Below, in pieces: positions 40,386 through 54,574 of a DNA stretch of 64,000 nucleotides. The position numbers and the translations under genes are program-made. The notes under the pieces are model-generated. The model made no database searches and was not told the origin of the DNA. It worked only from the letters and a program-made list of their open reading frames with translations. Source of the DNA: Rhynchobatus australiae (lineage: Eukaryota); assembly GCA_034780895.1 (NCBI GenBank), contig JAUZTB010000048.1, forward strand, positions 21,663,019-21,727,018, written 5' to 3'. How positions within the stretch are numbered: position 1 is the stretch's first letter; each line of letters opens with the position of its first letter.

Positions 40386-43300
40386 ACAGGTGTATAGCCA
40401 GCTACATAGTTAAAAGAACAAGTAGTTATCACATTCATCTGTTAGCTGTGCCATATCTTGAAGTAAAGAGTTGTACAGTAATAGTAGACAGAGTTGCACA
40501 TGCATGGCTTCCAACAATTTTGACCAAGCAAACAAATTGCTGAAATGCAACTATTAAATAAACTTTTGGTCATGCCAACTATTAATCTTTCATGTAGAAT
40601 TATTTACTTCAAGTATAATTGTAGCCATTTCAAGATTAATCAAGTTATAAATGCAATAAATTTAGGTTTTTGTTTTTTGAATTGAATTGATGAATGTTGA
40701 GGGTTTAAAACTTAAGTAGTATGAATTTGGAATGGCACACTTTTAGTTGAATGAATGAATCGTTTTCCCAGTAGACTAGTGCATAACGAACTATTTTCTG
40801 CTTTCATGTAGCGTCTTATCTTTACCAGCTGAAAAGTATTTTTTTCCAAACATTAGAAACAGAGAGGCCCCTTTGTTACCAGGCACAGTCTGCATGGCCT
40901 ACAAAGGAGCACTCAGTGAGCAGCTACAGTATAATGAGATTGCTGTCAGTCAGGCCCTTCCAACAGCATAAAATTCAGCTGCCTGTGGTTGTCCTGACTA
41001 ACTACATTTGAGTATTGAGTTTTATTTTCAGTACTAAAAATGTAGTTAAAATGGCCAGGCACAAAACAGCAATACAAGTTTACGACACAGCTCTTAAGAG
41101 ATCAACAACATGTATAAAACCCAGCATTAAATTGTTTATTGTGAATGCATTTAATCACCCTTTAAAGCAAGAAAGATGAACGTTGCATACTAACCTGTTG
41201 ACAGAAATTATTATTCCTACATCTTAATGGCTTCACAATCAGAATTATTTGAAATGCACAAATTCATTAGAATCTTTAAAAATAAATTTTCTTTGCCTGT
41301 AACCTTACATTCGAATATGTTCCAAAACNNNNNNNNNNNNNNNNNNNNNNNNNNNNNNNNNNNNNNNNNNNNNGTAGCAGTACTGGATATATACATATAT
41401 ACACACACACACCAATCAAGATACTTCACCAACCAACCTCCAGCGTGACGTCAAGGAAAAATGTAACAGGGAGCCCAGTTACCATAGGCTAATATGCACA
41501 ACAAGCCAGATATACATACTATTAAAGATTTCAGTCCAAAAATGATAGTGAATTAAAGTTAGATTCTAAATGAAGGGAGCTGGATCTTATTTAAGTCTAT
41601 GTAGTTTCTCATTTAAAGAGTAATTTGGGAAGTTAAGTTTATTTTAACAGGATTACAGAGAACTGAAAGGTGGGGATGTCATCCCCAGAACTTGGTGAAA
41701 AACACATTTTATGTTTTTGCTAGCCACAAAAATCTCCTCAGTTTTAAATTTACATATGTTAAGCTTCACATTCACTTCATTATCTCCATGTCCACCATAC
41801 AATTGAATCTTGGATATATCTGAAGCTGCAAAAACTAAAGCCTTCCCAATGTATATTCAATCCAATTGCTTCTTTTTTCAAATCCTGAAAGAAATGGATG
41901 TGGGTTGTTTNNNNNNNNNNNNNNNNNNNNNNNNNNNNNNNNNNNNNNNNNNNNNNNNNNNNNNNNNNNNNNNNNNNNNNNNNNNNNNNNNNNNNNNNNN
42001 NNNNNNNNNNGGGTTGTTTCAACTGAAGCTTTTCATCAACATTTGTTCTCTAAACCAGCATTAAGTACTTAAATATTCTCTTCCCTGCCATCTCCAATCT
42101 CTCCTTTCTGTCATTCATTCCTCAATGTTTATTGCTCAGAAGTTCAGTCAATTTTACTTGACTGAGAAGTATACTTGAGATAAACTCCCAAATTTAAAAA
42201 GTTCCTCACTGACTATGCCAGCAACTCAGTTTCCCAGAATTGCCATTTGTGCAAATATGATGGGTCAAGTCAATTTTTAGAATATCGGCTCAAAACTTAT
42301 TTGCTTCACTGGTCGAATGACATTAATTTTGCATTCAGATGACAATTTTTTTTTGGCTGCCAAAGTGTACTTTAAATATTAGCTCCCTTGGGTGCAAGGT
42401 GCAAATGCAACCAGAAATTCCAAAAAGGCAGAGGAAACTCCACAGGCCATGTAATTCTACCCATGACCCTAAAAGAACCTCAAACAGGAAAACTTGATTC
42501 TTTAAGTGCACATTGGTAGCCTGTGTTGAGGTGACAAGGAAAATTTCAAAATCAGATTTACGGTACTAAATAGTGTGCAATTTCATTTAAATTTAGCTCT
42601 TTAATATTTGTAAACTTAACATTGGACTGCAAAGATCATAACTTTACAACTGAAAGCTTCAAAATGATGTCAATGTTCATTATGCTGAATTTCATGTAGT
42701 CATGCTTCAATCTGTATTGCATTTATGATAATCAGCATCAAGAAATTAAAAGTCAAATCTTTTCCAAACTTTAATGCAAGACCCTCTGTCTTCCTGTAAA
42801 ACTCTTGTTAATAAACTTTTCAATCCGTTCAAGCACAGCAACGTGCATGCCTGAACTACCACATTGATCAAGTTGGAATAGTACATCTTCCCTACAAAAC
42901 GTCTTCAATGTGTGCCTTCAATTTATATAGTCTCCAGAATAAATTTATTTTTCTTCACACATCACCAATTCAAAGGTTTCCAATTGAAAGTTCGATAACA
43001 AGGCCATGGATCACTGAAGTGCTTATAATTTGAAGTGTTGCGCAGGGCAGCTTATTAAATTGCTTCATTTTTATACAACTAGTAGTTGCCATCTTGTTCG
43101 AAGGCATGTACAAAATTTAAATCTATTCAATTTAAACAAGTCATTCAGAAAATCATCCACCAATAAAATCATTATCTTCGTAGAGTCCATTTTTGGCTCA
43201 TTACTGAAACTCATCTCTTATACGCGAAGTCTGTCTGCTCCTTGGCCTGAAATGAAATAAAACCCCCATTGTCCCAATCCGCTGGGCTCTGGGACAAAGG

Positions 43301-43744
43301 CACAGTTTCTCCTGGGTGTTTGTGAATGACAGCCAACTTTACCCTTTTCACTCCCATAACCAACAGTGTTCCTTGGCGAATACCAGAAAATTCAGTATTT
43401 ATTCATGACTCAAATTTTGAACAGTTAGAAGCTGTTATACACTTTACTCTGTTTGAAGGAAAATTAATGCATTTATGGAAAAGTTAAATTTCTTTATTGA
43501 GCAACGTTAAACATTTCATGCAGTAGCCTCAAATAAGGATGGAGTGCTCTCTAATTCCACAGTAAAAGCATTACCNNNNNNNNNNNNNNNNNNNNNNNNN
43601 NNNNNNNNNNNNNNNNNNNNNNNNNNNNNNNNNNNNNNNNNNNNNNNNNNNNNNNNNNNNNNNNNNNNNNNNNNNAGATGACGGTTGGGGAAGATGTGTT
43701 TGTCCTAGGAGGACAGATTTAACTGCTTGACCATACAACTATCT

Positions 43745-44072
43745 GCGGATTAGAAGAATGAGAGGAGATCTCATTGGAGCATACAAAATTCTTGTGGGAC
43801 TTGGAAGGGTAGATGCAGGCATGAGATTTCCCCTGGTGACGGTATCTAAACCGAGTGTCACAGGTCAAAATAAGTCAAGTCATTTGGGACTGAGATGAAA
43901 AGAAATTTCTTCACCCAGTGCACTGTGAATCTTTGGAATGCACTGCCCTGTGGCAGCTCGATCATCGAATGTATTAAAGTTTTATATTAAGGGAATCGGG
44001 ATATTAAATTAGTGCAGGAAAGTGTCACTGGATGAAAGCTCTGCCCTATTCCTGTTCCATTTCCTGTGTTAT
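43745..44072 (+). mobile_element. CR1 LINE 3' end
   Basis: tagaagaatgagaggagatctcatt, aagaaatttcttcacccag...gtgaatctttggaatgcactgcc. Confidence 0.85.
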
Positions 44073-44494
44073 TTACAGCACATGGTGTGGAAGAGACTAT
44101 CTGGGATAATCACTCAGTGGATATGTTTGGTGAGTAAATTGAAAGAATAGCAGGGTGAATTAGAGAAATACATCTCTCCAAGATAGAAGGCCATTGAATT
44201 CTTCCTGGGCCTGGGAAATAATATTTCCAGTTCATCGTCAGATGAGGGTTTGGAGGGTGCAGATGAGAAACTGAATAGAGATTCGCCCAATCTATTACTA
44301 ATACTTTGATTAATCTGTGGTTTAGCTTTCCATAAAGCCTAATGACCTGCAAGCAATGAGTGAAGCCAAGTAAACATGCCCCATTGAACTGACATCTGGT
44401 TAAGTACACCCAGTCAGCATTTCCAGTCCCCACAACACAGAGTGTAAATATAACCTAACGAATGTAAATATAACCCACAGAAAGGGAGCTCTCC

Positions 44495-44625
44495 TCAGGG
44501 CCCCAGCTCAATATTTATCTCTTTCAAGCAACGTCAGTAGATCAATTGATCTGGGTCATTAACACATTGCTGCTTTGTGGGATCTTGCAGTGCCCAAGTG
44601 GTCAGCATTCTTTGTTTCAGAACAG
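44495..44625 (+). mobile_element. Deu-domain SINE fragment (SacSINE1/AmnSINE1-like core)
   Basis: caatatttatctc...gatctgggtcattaacacattgctgctttgtgggatcttgcagtgc.caagtggtc matches the recalled Deu-domain core. Confidence 0.7.
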
Positions 44626-44749
44626 GGACTTCAGCTCGTGGGCCTTCCGAAGAACGTGGCAGAAAGTTGCTCTCTGTGAATACTAATGGTTGGCTCAAGT
44701 TGGAGATTGGTCAGCAAGGCAGAACTTTCCAGGACGCTGGCAATGTATG

Positions 44750-45225
44750 AGTCATGAAGTTGTGCAGCACAGAAACAGGCCATTTGGCCCATCACATTCA
44801 TGCTGACATTTTGCTCATCTGCACAAATTGGATTGCCCTCTGTAGATCTTGCTATGCCTTGCCTATTTGTGTCCGCCTTAATGCCTCTTAAATGTAGAGA
44901 TTGTATCTGACTCCACCACCTCTACTGGCAGTGAGTTCCAGATATCAACACTCTCTGTGTAAAAAAAACTTACCCCTCAGATCCCCTTTAAAACTCCCAC
45001 TTCTCACCTTAAACCTGTGCCCTCTTGTTTTTGATACCCTTGCCACAGGAAAAAAGATTCTCACTATCTACCTTATCTATGCCTCTCATAATCTTATATA
45101 CCTCGATCAGGTGACCTCTCAGCCTCCTTTGCTCCAGAGAACACAAACCCAGCCTATCTAATCTCTCCCCATAACTAATGTCCTCCAATGCAGGACACAT
45201 CCAGGTGAATCTCTTCTGCACTCTG
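44750..45225 (-). mobile_element. CR1 LINE 3' end (relatively well preserved)
   Basis: ORF 45009..45221 QKRFTWMCPALEDISYGERLDRLGLCSLEQRRLRGHLIEVYKIMRGIDKV; tail cagcacagaaacaggcc. Confidence 0.93.
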
Positions 45226-45227
45226 CG

Positions 45228-45455
45228 GAAATGATTGGCTAGAATCCACTAAGGGCAAGCAATGATTGGATAGGATACATCCAATGACTGAAAACAAATG
45301 GTGAACAACTGGACACTAAATGGCAATGATTGGATAGAGATCATTCAGTCAATGACTGATGAGGTAGAAATGATCCAATCAACTGCGATACATGGATAGA
45401 AACCATCCAATCAACGAACTGGTGGGCATTCCATCAATGGAAGTATTGGCTTGGC
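45228..45455. repeat. Degenerate ~31-32 bp tandem repeat rich in TGATTGG/CCAATCA
   Basis: atgattgg at 45231, 45262 and 45326; tagaaatgatccaatcaac (45365) vs tagaaaccatccaatcaac (45397). Confidence 0.6.
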
Positions 45456-48289
45456 GACTTATTTCAATGTCAACCAGAAGCAATATCAGTTTTATTGCCT
45501 GGCTGCCACCAGATGTTCTCATGAATAATATTTAATAATAAACTGATATGCGGAAGGGAAGTACAGTGCAACTTTTTATGTACTTGGAAGTTTTACATTC
45601 ACAAAAAAGGCTCCTTTCCTTCCCAATGTCCATCTCTCTCAATTCTTTATGTCCAAAAGGAAAATCCTGAATGCACTTAACTGACTTTCCACATCCCTCT
45701 GAAAGACTGTTCCAAAGACTGACAACATTCTGTTTAAGATCCTATATGTCCTCACACTTATCCCAAGATTTCATGATTTTGTCCAAAGTTCTCAACTCGT
45801 CAGCCTGAACAAATAGCCCTTCAGCATCCATCCAGTCAACTTCTTGCTATTCCAGATTCCACTGAGTCAAGACCAACCTTATTAAACTCCTATTCTGTTG
45901 TACTACATCCTACTCCCAAGATCACTCTGGAAAACATTCTCTGCACTGCCGAGGTATTGTTTGGAAAATGGAGAATGAAAATCTAAATGCTCTAAGATGT
46001 TCCAGATAATGTCTGACCAAAGCCCTGTGTGATTGTTTGGTGACATCTTTACATTTGTCCTCCAGTCTCCTTGCTCTATTGGTCAACGTATTAAATTGGC
46101 CTTCCTAACTTTTCTGCAATTGTGGACCAGCACAAGATCCCAGCACATATTGGCTTGTTTCCCCCAACTGAAAAAAAATCTACTCTTCCCTGCACAGTCT
46201 CCTAAACGACACAGAACATAATCCAAGCCTAGTCAGTCTCTCCTCAACAATAATCACCAGCCCCAGCAAGACACTTCAAAATTTTCTTTTGTATTCTCTC
46301 CAGGCAATAACATCTCTCCTACATTGTGGTGACCATACCTGTACACATTATTCCAACTGTGGCTTAACTGGTATTTCACAAAGTGCACTAGTGCTTAATG
46401 CCTCAGCCATTGAGCAGAAGTATCCAGTATGCCTTATTGTCCCTTGCTTTACCATCTTCAACAATTAATGGACATGCACTGCATGATCCCCTGCTCCTCT
46501 ACACTTCAAATCCCACCAAGGTGATTCCACATTATGGTGGGGGTGGGGGTCTGTGTTGTTCAAAACAGTCCACATTGTGATTTTCCGTAGCATAAAGCTG
46601 CACCATCTGTACATGTGTCAAGAAAAGAGCTGAAAAAGAATAATCGTATTCCCCCCGCATAACTTTCCAAAGAGCAAATTTTCATTCCGTATCCCAGACT
46701 TTTCGGTAGTGATTTGTGAATTCATCAAGGGTGAATTTCCATTACTGCCATAACATGAGGGTTGCCGGTACTTACACTTCTTTGACACTTGCTTTACAAT
46801 ATATTAGAGGATTTTCCATGGTAATTGTAAACTCACTTAACCAAGTTAAAAGAACCTTTTGATAACAATGATATTTTTGCAGAAGAGTGGTTAAACAAGG
46901 GGAAATATCAAATCATGTTAATTGTTAACTCATATGTCTTTCTTCATTATTGAAGCTTTGAGAATAACCAACTTAATTGGATTGTCAAATTCCTTCAATA
47001 CATGTGCCAATGTGGGGTACATGCTTGAAATAGTTCTCCTGTTACAAATCAATTTGTATTAGGTTCATTCAGAAGTTTCCTCTCCAAATTCTTCTCAATA
47101 AAATTACAATTCAAGGCAACAGTTCTGATGATTTTTCCAGTAGATTTGCGTCTTTCCATCAAATTAAACAGTTGCAAATAAACAGGTAAACTTGGACTGA
47201 AGCAACTTTTATCATTGAATATCAACACTGTAATGAGTTAACAACGGTAAAGCTTCTGCACCCAAAGACTGGATTGTGACAGACTGGGACTGATGCCTAG
47301 CCCAACTACTTACCTGGGTTGCATGCTTGAGTCCAGCTATGTGATCCAAATGGCAGGTGGACCTCGGACAACCAAGTCTGAGTGTGCCAACTATAAATTG
47401 TCCCATGGTAGGGGTTGCCAGTGTATTGAACCTCTGCTAGCTGGGGAATTATTTGTTTTAAAACACATGTTGGCTGATCCAAAAGCCATTAACAAAAATC
47501 AACAGAATCTACCACCAGAAATAAAGAACCAACGGCAGGATGTTTTCCTATTCGATCAACGTCACTGGAAAAATTCCCGAATTCCCCTCTCAATGACATT
47601 GTGGGAAGCCCATCACCAGAATAAATGCAAACGTTCAAGGTGCCAGCTCACGACCAATTTCCCCAAGGACAATTAGAGATGGACCACAAATTAATAACAA
47701 CCATGTCACAACAAAGAAAGAAAAGTTACCAAAAAGGTATCAATTGTTCCTAAAACAATTTCAAAATTTAACAGTTTAGTTAAAAACAGAAATAGCTAAA
47801 ACCAAATGAAACCATTAAAATAAAGCAAAGTAACTTGCCCTTCGTTTCCAAATCCATAGAACTACAATCTCCCGTGAAATCAACAGGGGCTAAGATCCTT
47901 CCTTCATGATAGAACAAATCCCTTCAATGCTGGGTTCTGCCACTGAGTTCCACATGGAGTGGAGTAACAGAACAAACTGACGGATTCAACATCCACAATC
48001 TGTCAATAACCCCAGACTTCTGATTGACAGAGACCCTGCCACAGCCCATGATTACAACCATTTAAAACAGCTGAACAACAGTGGCTCTGATCAGAACTGC
48101 TGTTCAAAGTCAGCACTCTACAGTCTTTACACACGAATGCTGGGCTATTTTGTATGAATACTGACCTGTTGAGCAAGAAAGGTCCACAGTGCACAACATC
48201 AAGCTCTGAAAGACAAAACTCGGCTTGGTGTTTTGTAGCAGCCAAAAAGGAAAAAAGTCCTACATTTGAAAAAAAATATGGAACTCACA

Positions 48290-49520
48290 CAACCAATTGA
48301 TCAGATCAGAACTCTCCAGTCCTGTGACATCTCGTCATGAATGGTGGTGAACAACTAAATATATAAACCTGACCTCCATAGTAGAGTTCGGCACTTGAGC
48401 ACCAAGCACAAGATTGAAACTTCTGCTGTTATGCTCAGCAGGGATTGTCGAGTCAATGATCAATCTTGGTTCCATCCTCACATCCCCAACATTACAAGAA
48501 GCCAATCTTCAGCTAATTTGATTCACACTATAACAACAAGAAATGGGTGAGAGCACTTGATACAGTTATGAGATTTGACGGCACTCCAGCTATACAACTA
48601 ACTTATTCTGCAGAATTAGGCACAATTCTAGCCAAGTTATTCCATTGTTGTTATATGACTGTCATCCACCAAACAATGTAGAAAATTACCTCTCAACAAA
48701 AAAAGGGTAAACCAATCCAGTAAATTACTAACTAATCCCTCAATTCTCAAAGTATGGAAAATATCATCAACAATGCTATCAAGTGACACTAACTTAATAA
48801 CCTTTCCACCATTGCTCAGCTGGGTCATGCCAGAATGCATGCTTCCCTAACAAGATCCGAATTCCAGACTTGAAGTAAAAGTGTCAAATGCTACCTTGCT
48901 GTCAAGGGTAGTTCGAATGTGGCAACAAGAAGCAGTGATAAAACTTAAGTCCAAGGGAAAGAACCCAATGGTTGGAATCGTGCCTTACAAAGGAAAGTGG
49001 CTGTGGTTGTTGGAGGGTAATCATCTCAGAAGTTCCTCAGAGCAATGACATGAGCACAGAAATCTTCAGGGGTTTTCATCAGTAAGTCTTCCTTCTATCA
49101 CCAGATCAGGTTAGAAGAGGGTGCATGCCTCGTGTTCGATTCCATTTTCAACTCAGAAAATGAATCAGTGCATGCCTGTGAAGTATATGGAGCAGGACCT
49201 AAACAATATCAGCTGATAAGTGGAAACAAAGTATTCCCACCACACAAGTACCAGGTAAGAATCACCTCAAAATTATGGAATCTGATCATTTACACTCAGT
49301 ATTTGAGGGCATTAACATCACATAGCCCCCAACCATATTATCGTGTAATAATTGATAGTGAGCAGATATTCAATTAATCTGGCTAAATAAATACTTGGCC
49401 ACAGAAGCAGACCAGGGGATGGTTACTCATCAAGCTTCTCAGCTTCTGTCTCCCCAAAAATTTTCCACCATCAGCAATCCAGAAGTCAGGAGCACATAGG
49501 AATATCCTCCACAAAAAAAA
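48290..49520 (+). mobile_element. Decayed second-family LINE (RT region)
   Basis: tctagccaagttattcc, aaccaatccagtaaattac, gtggttgttggagggtaatcatctcagaagttcctcagagca (VPQ motif), agaagtcaggagcacataggaata. Confidence 0.65.
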
Positions 49521-52169
49521 TAATTGAGTACATTCATCCAGGGAATTCCTCAAATGCATGCACCTTGTAAGAATAAACAGATGGACAACTGCACGAATTT
49601 GTCAAGTTTAAAATCTGTGAATAGTAGAGTCAGTCATACCGCATAAAAACAGGCCCTTCTACCCACCAAGTTTATGGCAACGATCAAATACCTATCTGTG
49701 CTGTTGCATAATCGTTAGACAAATCTTCAATTGATTTAAACTATTTTTCTGGAGAAATTGATACATTAGCCCCATCAATTAAATTCTCTCAAATGAACCA
49801 TTCACCTCCTGTGCATACACACAAAAATGATTCATTTTCATAATGAACAAGCAATGCCAGATTGCAAAAAAAAATTACAGTTTGATCATCCAGGCAAACT
49901 GCCAATTAAATGCATTTTTAAAACTTTGGATAAGTATAATAGTTAAGTGCAATGAATATTGCTTATTTTGCTACTGAAAAAGTAGCAATCGTAGATGATA
50001 GTAAAAGATATTTATAAAAAGTGCATGCTCAAAACTGCTTTTGATTATTACTCAAAGTCACCTGAAACTCTGCTTGTAGAACTCTACAGGTCTGAGTCTG
50101 CCAACACCAAACAAAACAAAATAAACTGCAGAAATCATACTAAAACATTAAGTCAAAGAAGAAAGTCAGAAAGAAAACAAACTATTTAAAAAGCATCACC
50201 ATCTTTGCCACTACGCTAAATTTTCCCTCCAATTGTCTAGCTTTAATATTGGTGGTAATGAATGATGCATGCTTCCCAAACAACTATACCCATCCAAGGC
50301 CTCACCACAATGGCCAACCTTCATACAAGGACTGAGATATCACAATGCGTACCTATTTTAAACACAAGGCACAAGACAACTTAACACAGCTGTATCAGTT
50401 TTTCCTCAGGGTCAAATAATATTTTGGAAAAAGATTTCATATCGACCTTCTGTCATCTCAATCCTAGAGTGCTGATGATGTGCATTAGTGAAATCTACTG
50501 AGTAATGAGTTAACAGTGCTATTTGGGAAGAGTGAGAATTTCTTTTGACTGAAATTCAGAACTACAAAGTGCATTTACATACCAAACCACATCCTTCAAT
50601 ATTAATATTGACAACATTTGGAAATCCTGCAGCAAACTTTCCAACTGTTTGAATTGTGGCATTTCTATCAGAGTTAATGAACCCTGAAAAAACTAATTTC
50701 TGATACATTTGACGGAGTTTGTAATCACTCACACAGAGGCAGAGGTATATTGGCCCATGGCCATGTTCTTATTTAAGCAGTTGCTAAATAATATATGGTC
50801 AAGCTTTCAAAAAAAAATCAATTGACATTTAAGACCAAGGAAACAAAGGATAAAAACTGTGCTAGTCAACACTTCAGCAGAAAAGACAGGATGATGGTGA
50901 AATCTGAGGAATGGTTGATTTAGAGCAGAAGATTTTTTTTGATCAATCAGATGAAGTGAAAAGGAGGACATCTGTTGTGTTTTTTTGATATAAAAGCCTA
51001 AGCAACAGATTTAAAGAGCTAATGAATACATCCTTGGAATGACTATGGTTAAATATCAAGGTGACAAGTATGTCACAGCTCAAATTCGCAAAAGCCACTA
51101 AGATCTCTTCTGATGCTGAAATTATGTTTTTCTTAAAAAAAATTACCACCATCTCACCTTCAGAAATAAATAAAATGCAGAAGACATTCCAAAAGTATCA
51201 AAAGTTTGACAAATCTTCCAATTAATTGTTGGGGGCAAAAAAAAAGCTGGTGGTTGGACATTAAGAAACACAATCAACATATCTAGCCCAGATTTGAAGA
51301 TATACATTGGTCAATGAAAAGTCACCAATTAAGCTCAAACAGTATGTCATTTTGCTGATTTAATCCCAAGAGAATTCCAAAAGCACACAACCCACAGGTT
51401 TTCTTGAACCAGCCTGTCATTTCATGACACTATAAATGTACTCATTTCACTAAGTCAAAAGCTTCTGTTGTACTTTCTGAGAAACTATGTTATTTGGTTT
51501 TCTAATACGATTGCACAAAAACCCAGTTACACTTTTCATTCTAGGCACACCACCTGTGTTGATAAACTCACTTTAATTGCACTTGGGCAAAATCCAACAT
51601 GCCAAATTTAAAAACCACATTTGCCTTCAATACAGCACCTATTCTAAATTTAAGTCTTCTCTGGACTCCATTTTAACAAATTTAGCAGGAGTAAACTTAC
51701 CCCTCCAGCCTTTACACAAAATGCACACTGGAAGCATACCACTGCCCTATCAATGACTTCATTTATACAAGTCAAATAAACCACACTTTCTAATTTTACA
51801 TTCAATCAGTCATGAGAGTCTCAGCTCCAACAGATTGCAAAACACTAGACTGAAAACATAAAATTAAGAATGGAGACCAGGATGTGAAGCTGTACACTTT
51901 CAGCCCAAGCTAGGATTCAGACACACACCATTTAAAACCCTCCAAACCAAGTCCCTGAAAATTTCAGAGTTAAACACCCATTTGTCAATATGGAACACGA
52001 TCTACTTCTCTTTCCCTCACACTAATTCCAGTGCTTGGACTAACTTATTAAATAGCCTCATCTCGGGGATCTTGGCACAAACAGAAAGGTCCTGGGAGAT
52101 AAACCACCTGAAACTGGGAACAAAGAAAATCAAAGCTTGAGTAAAACCCCAAGGCTTACTCTGCAGTTC

Positions 52170-54240
52170 AGGATGATCTTCGCTGACCTTTTACCTCAGC
52201 ACCTTTTGTCTGACCCCATATCCTTCAATTCCAACAAATCTTTCAACCTCAGTCCTCACAGCTAGACAATTCCAATGATTCATAACTCCCAGATAAAGAA
52301 AAAGCTCATTTCTGACCTTAATGGCGAGCCCCTTGTTTTAAGACTAAGACCTATGGTTCTAAATACACCAGTCAAAGGGAAACACCAAGTCAACAGCTAC
52401 CCCGTCAAGCCCTATGAGAATTTTAAACACCTCAATGAGATGTGTCTCAATCTTCCACCTCGTATAGTCCCAATCTGCCAGTTTATCCTCATCAGGAGTC
52501 CCACATTCCCACAAGCAATCTGATGAACTTGCACTTCAGTTGCATGACAACATGCATTTCCTACCTTTGGAAGGAAAACCAAATTGGTCCACCAAGTCTC
52601 TATATAATTGGAGCAAACAGTCCTGACTTTGGTATTCAGATCCTCCTGCAATAAAAGCTAACAAACCACTGGCCTTCCTAACTACTTATTATCCTTGCAT
52701 GTAATTAGGCAAAAGGACACTCAGGTCCCACTGGACACTTTACAAGCTCTTACCAGCCAAAAAAAAAAGCACCATTTCCCCTTGTACACTGCAAGTCATA
52801 ATTTTTTGTGATCTATTTGTTCCTCTGTCTGCTATCCAACCCTCAACCCATTACAATATATACTCCTAATCCCATGAGTTCTAAGTTTGTTTAATAACAT
52901 CAAGCTCCACTTTACTCAAGGCCTTGGGAAAATCCAAATAAATGGCATCAACTGTACCCCCCTCTTACGTATTCAGACAGTTACAACTTCAAAAAAAATT
53001 CACAATCTGTGAATTATGACTTCCAATGAAAATAATTCCCAATATTCCCTCCATCCTGCATAAAACAGTGCAGGTATGTTTGCTCCCTTCTCAAGAGAAC
53101 CATCAAAGATCATGTTGAATATTGGAAGATAGCAATCAGTGCATCCACAATGTCCATCTTTCAAAATCATTGTATGCAAGTCAACGAGCACTGGTGATCT
53201 ATTGACTTTCAGTTACATTCCCCACATAATTCTTGTTGAATTAATGGTAATTTTTTTCAACTCCTTGTTTATTTCAGACCCATTGCACTGCAACGTTTCC
53301 CAGGTGGTTTTCAGTGTCTTCTTCCATGAAGGCCGACAATATTTGTTTAATTACTCTATTTTTTCCCCATCTTATTACAAAAACAATTTCTGCTGCATCA
53401 ATCAGGAACCAATCCACATTAACATTCCTTAATATTTTCCATTGTAAGTACTAATAACAACTTCTACAGACCGTTTTTGTTTCTCACCAGACCACTCTCC
53501 AATTCTACTTCTCTTATAAATGCTTCAGTATTCCTTTGACGAATCCTGAAATCTTTCTAATCTGCAGGCGTACTTCTCTTTATAACAGCATTGTAAGCTT
53601 TTTCCTTTGGTCAACTATATCTAACCTTGTAAGCCACATAACAATGATTTTTCCTGTTGAACTTTTGCACCTTGTGCACAATATATTAATTCTTCACATG
53701 TTAACCATTTCTTTGTTATAGCCTTTTAATACCTATTCTAATCTGTCATTGGCAACCAATACCTCATACTTTAGTAGTTTTGTTTACATTTAAGATCCTG
53801 GTTTCAGATTCAAGTCCGTTACTTTCAATCTTGATTTCAAATTCTAGCATGTTGTCATCAGTCTTCCCTAAAGGCTCCTTAACTACAAAATTATAAATTA
53901 ACCTGTTAACATTGCACAGTACTCCTTTAAAATAGCCTGAACCTCAATGCATCAACAACATACTGATTAAAACAAAAATCTTACTTTGTCCAAAACTAGT
54001 CCTCCATGTTATTACTGCCAAACTGGTGTAGATTCAAGTTCCCCATGATTATCATACTATCCTTGGTACAGATGTCTCTGCTTTCCCAATTCATACCAAG
54101 CCTAATGCTACTGTTCAAGAACCTGTTGACAATACCCACCACTATTTTCTGCCCCTTGCTCTTTCTCAGCTACACCCAAACCAATTTAACTTTGAAATTT
54201 TCCAAGCTCAGATCCTTCCTCTGTGACCTAACGCTGCTTA
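52170..54240 (-). mobile_element. Long, highly decayed CR1 LINE
   Basis: Reverse 3' motifs (tgaccttaatggcgagcccctt), RT region (aaggccttgggaaaatccaaata), APE region (attcaagttccccatgatta = IMGNLN). Confidence 0.75.
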
Positions 54241-54574
54241 ATTAACTCAAAGCAAGCTGCAAACCAGGTAGACTTTGGCCTGTTTTAAACACTTAATTCA
54301 CAAACTTATTTGAGGTTGAGTGTGAAGCATTTTAACTGCCCATGATAGATCTACCCCTCACGCCAAGTTTAAAAATAATCACAAAAGTAGAACAGATTAA
54401 CATCAACCTTTTTGATCACCAAAGTTGGGTCAGATCTGAGTACTTTGAGTATTCATCAGATGTGCTCTAGAGTTCAAAATTTGTCCACTTTTGAAGGTGC
54501 TGACTGAACAAAAACATAAGCAAAAACACACACGATAACTAAAACAATAAACGCAGTGGAAAAGGGAGTGAATT

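Noticed and set aside
44443-44475. Short direct repeats (tgtaaatataacc twice; similar at about 31580 and 36626)
   Set aside because: Two-copy slippage-type microduplications; no array or spacer structure and not CRISPR-like.
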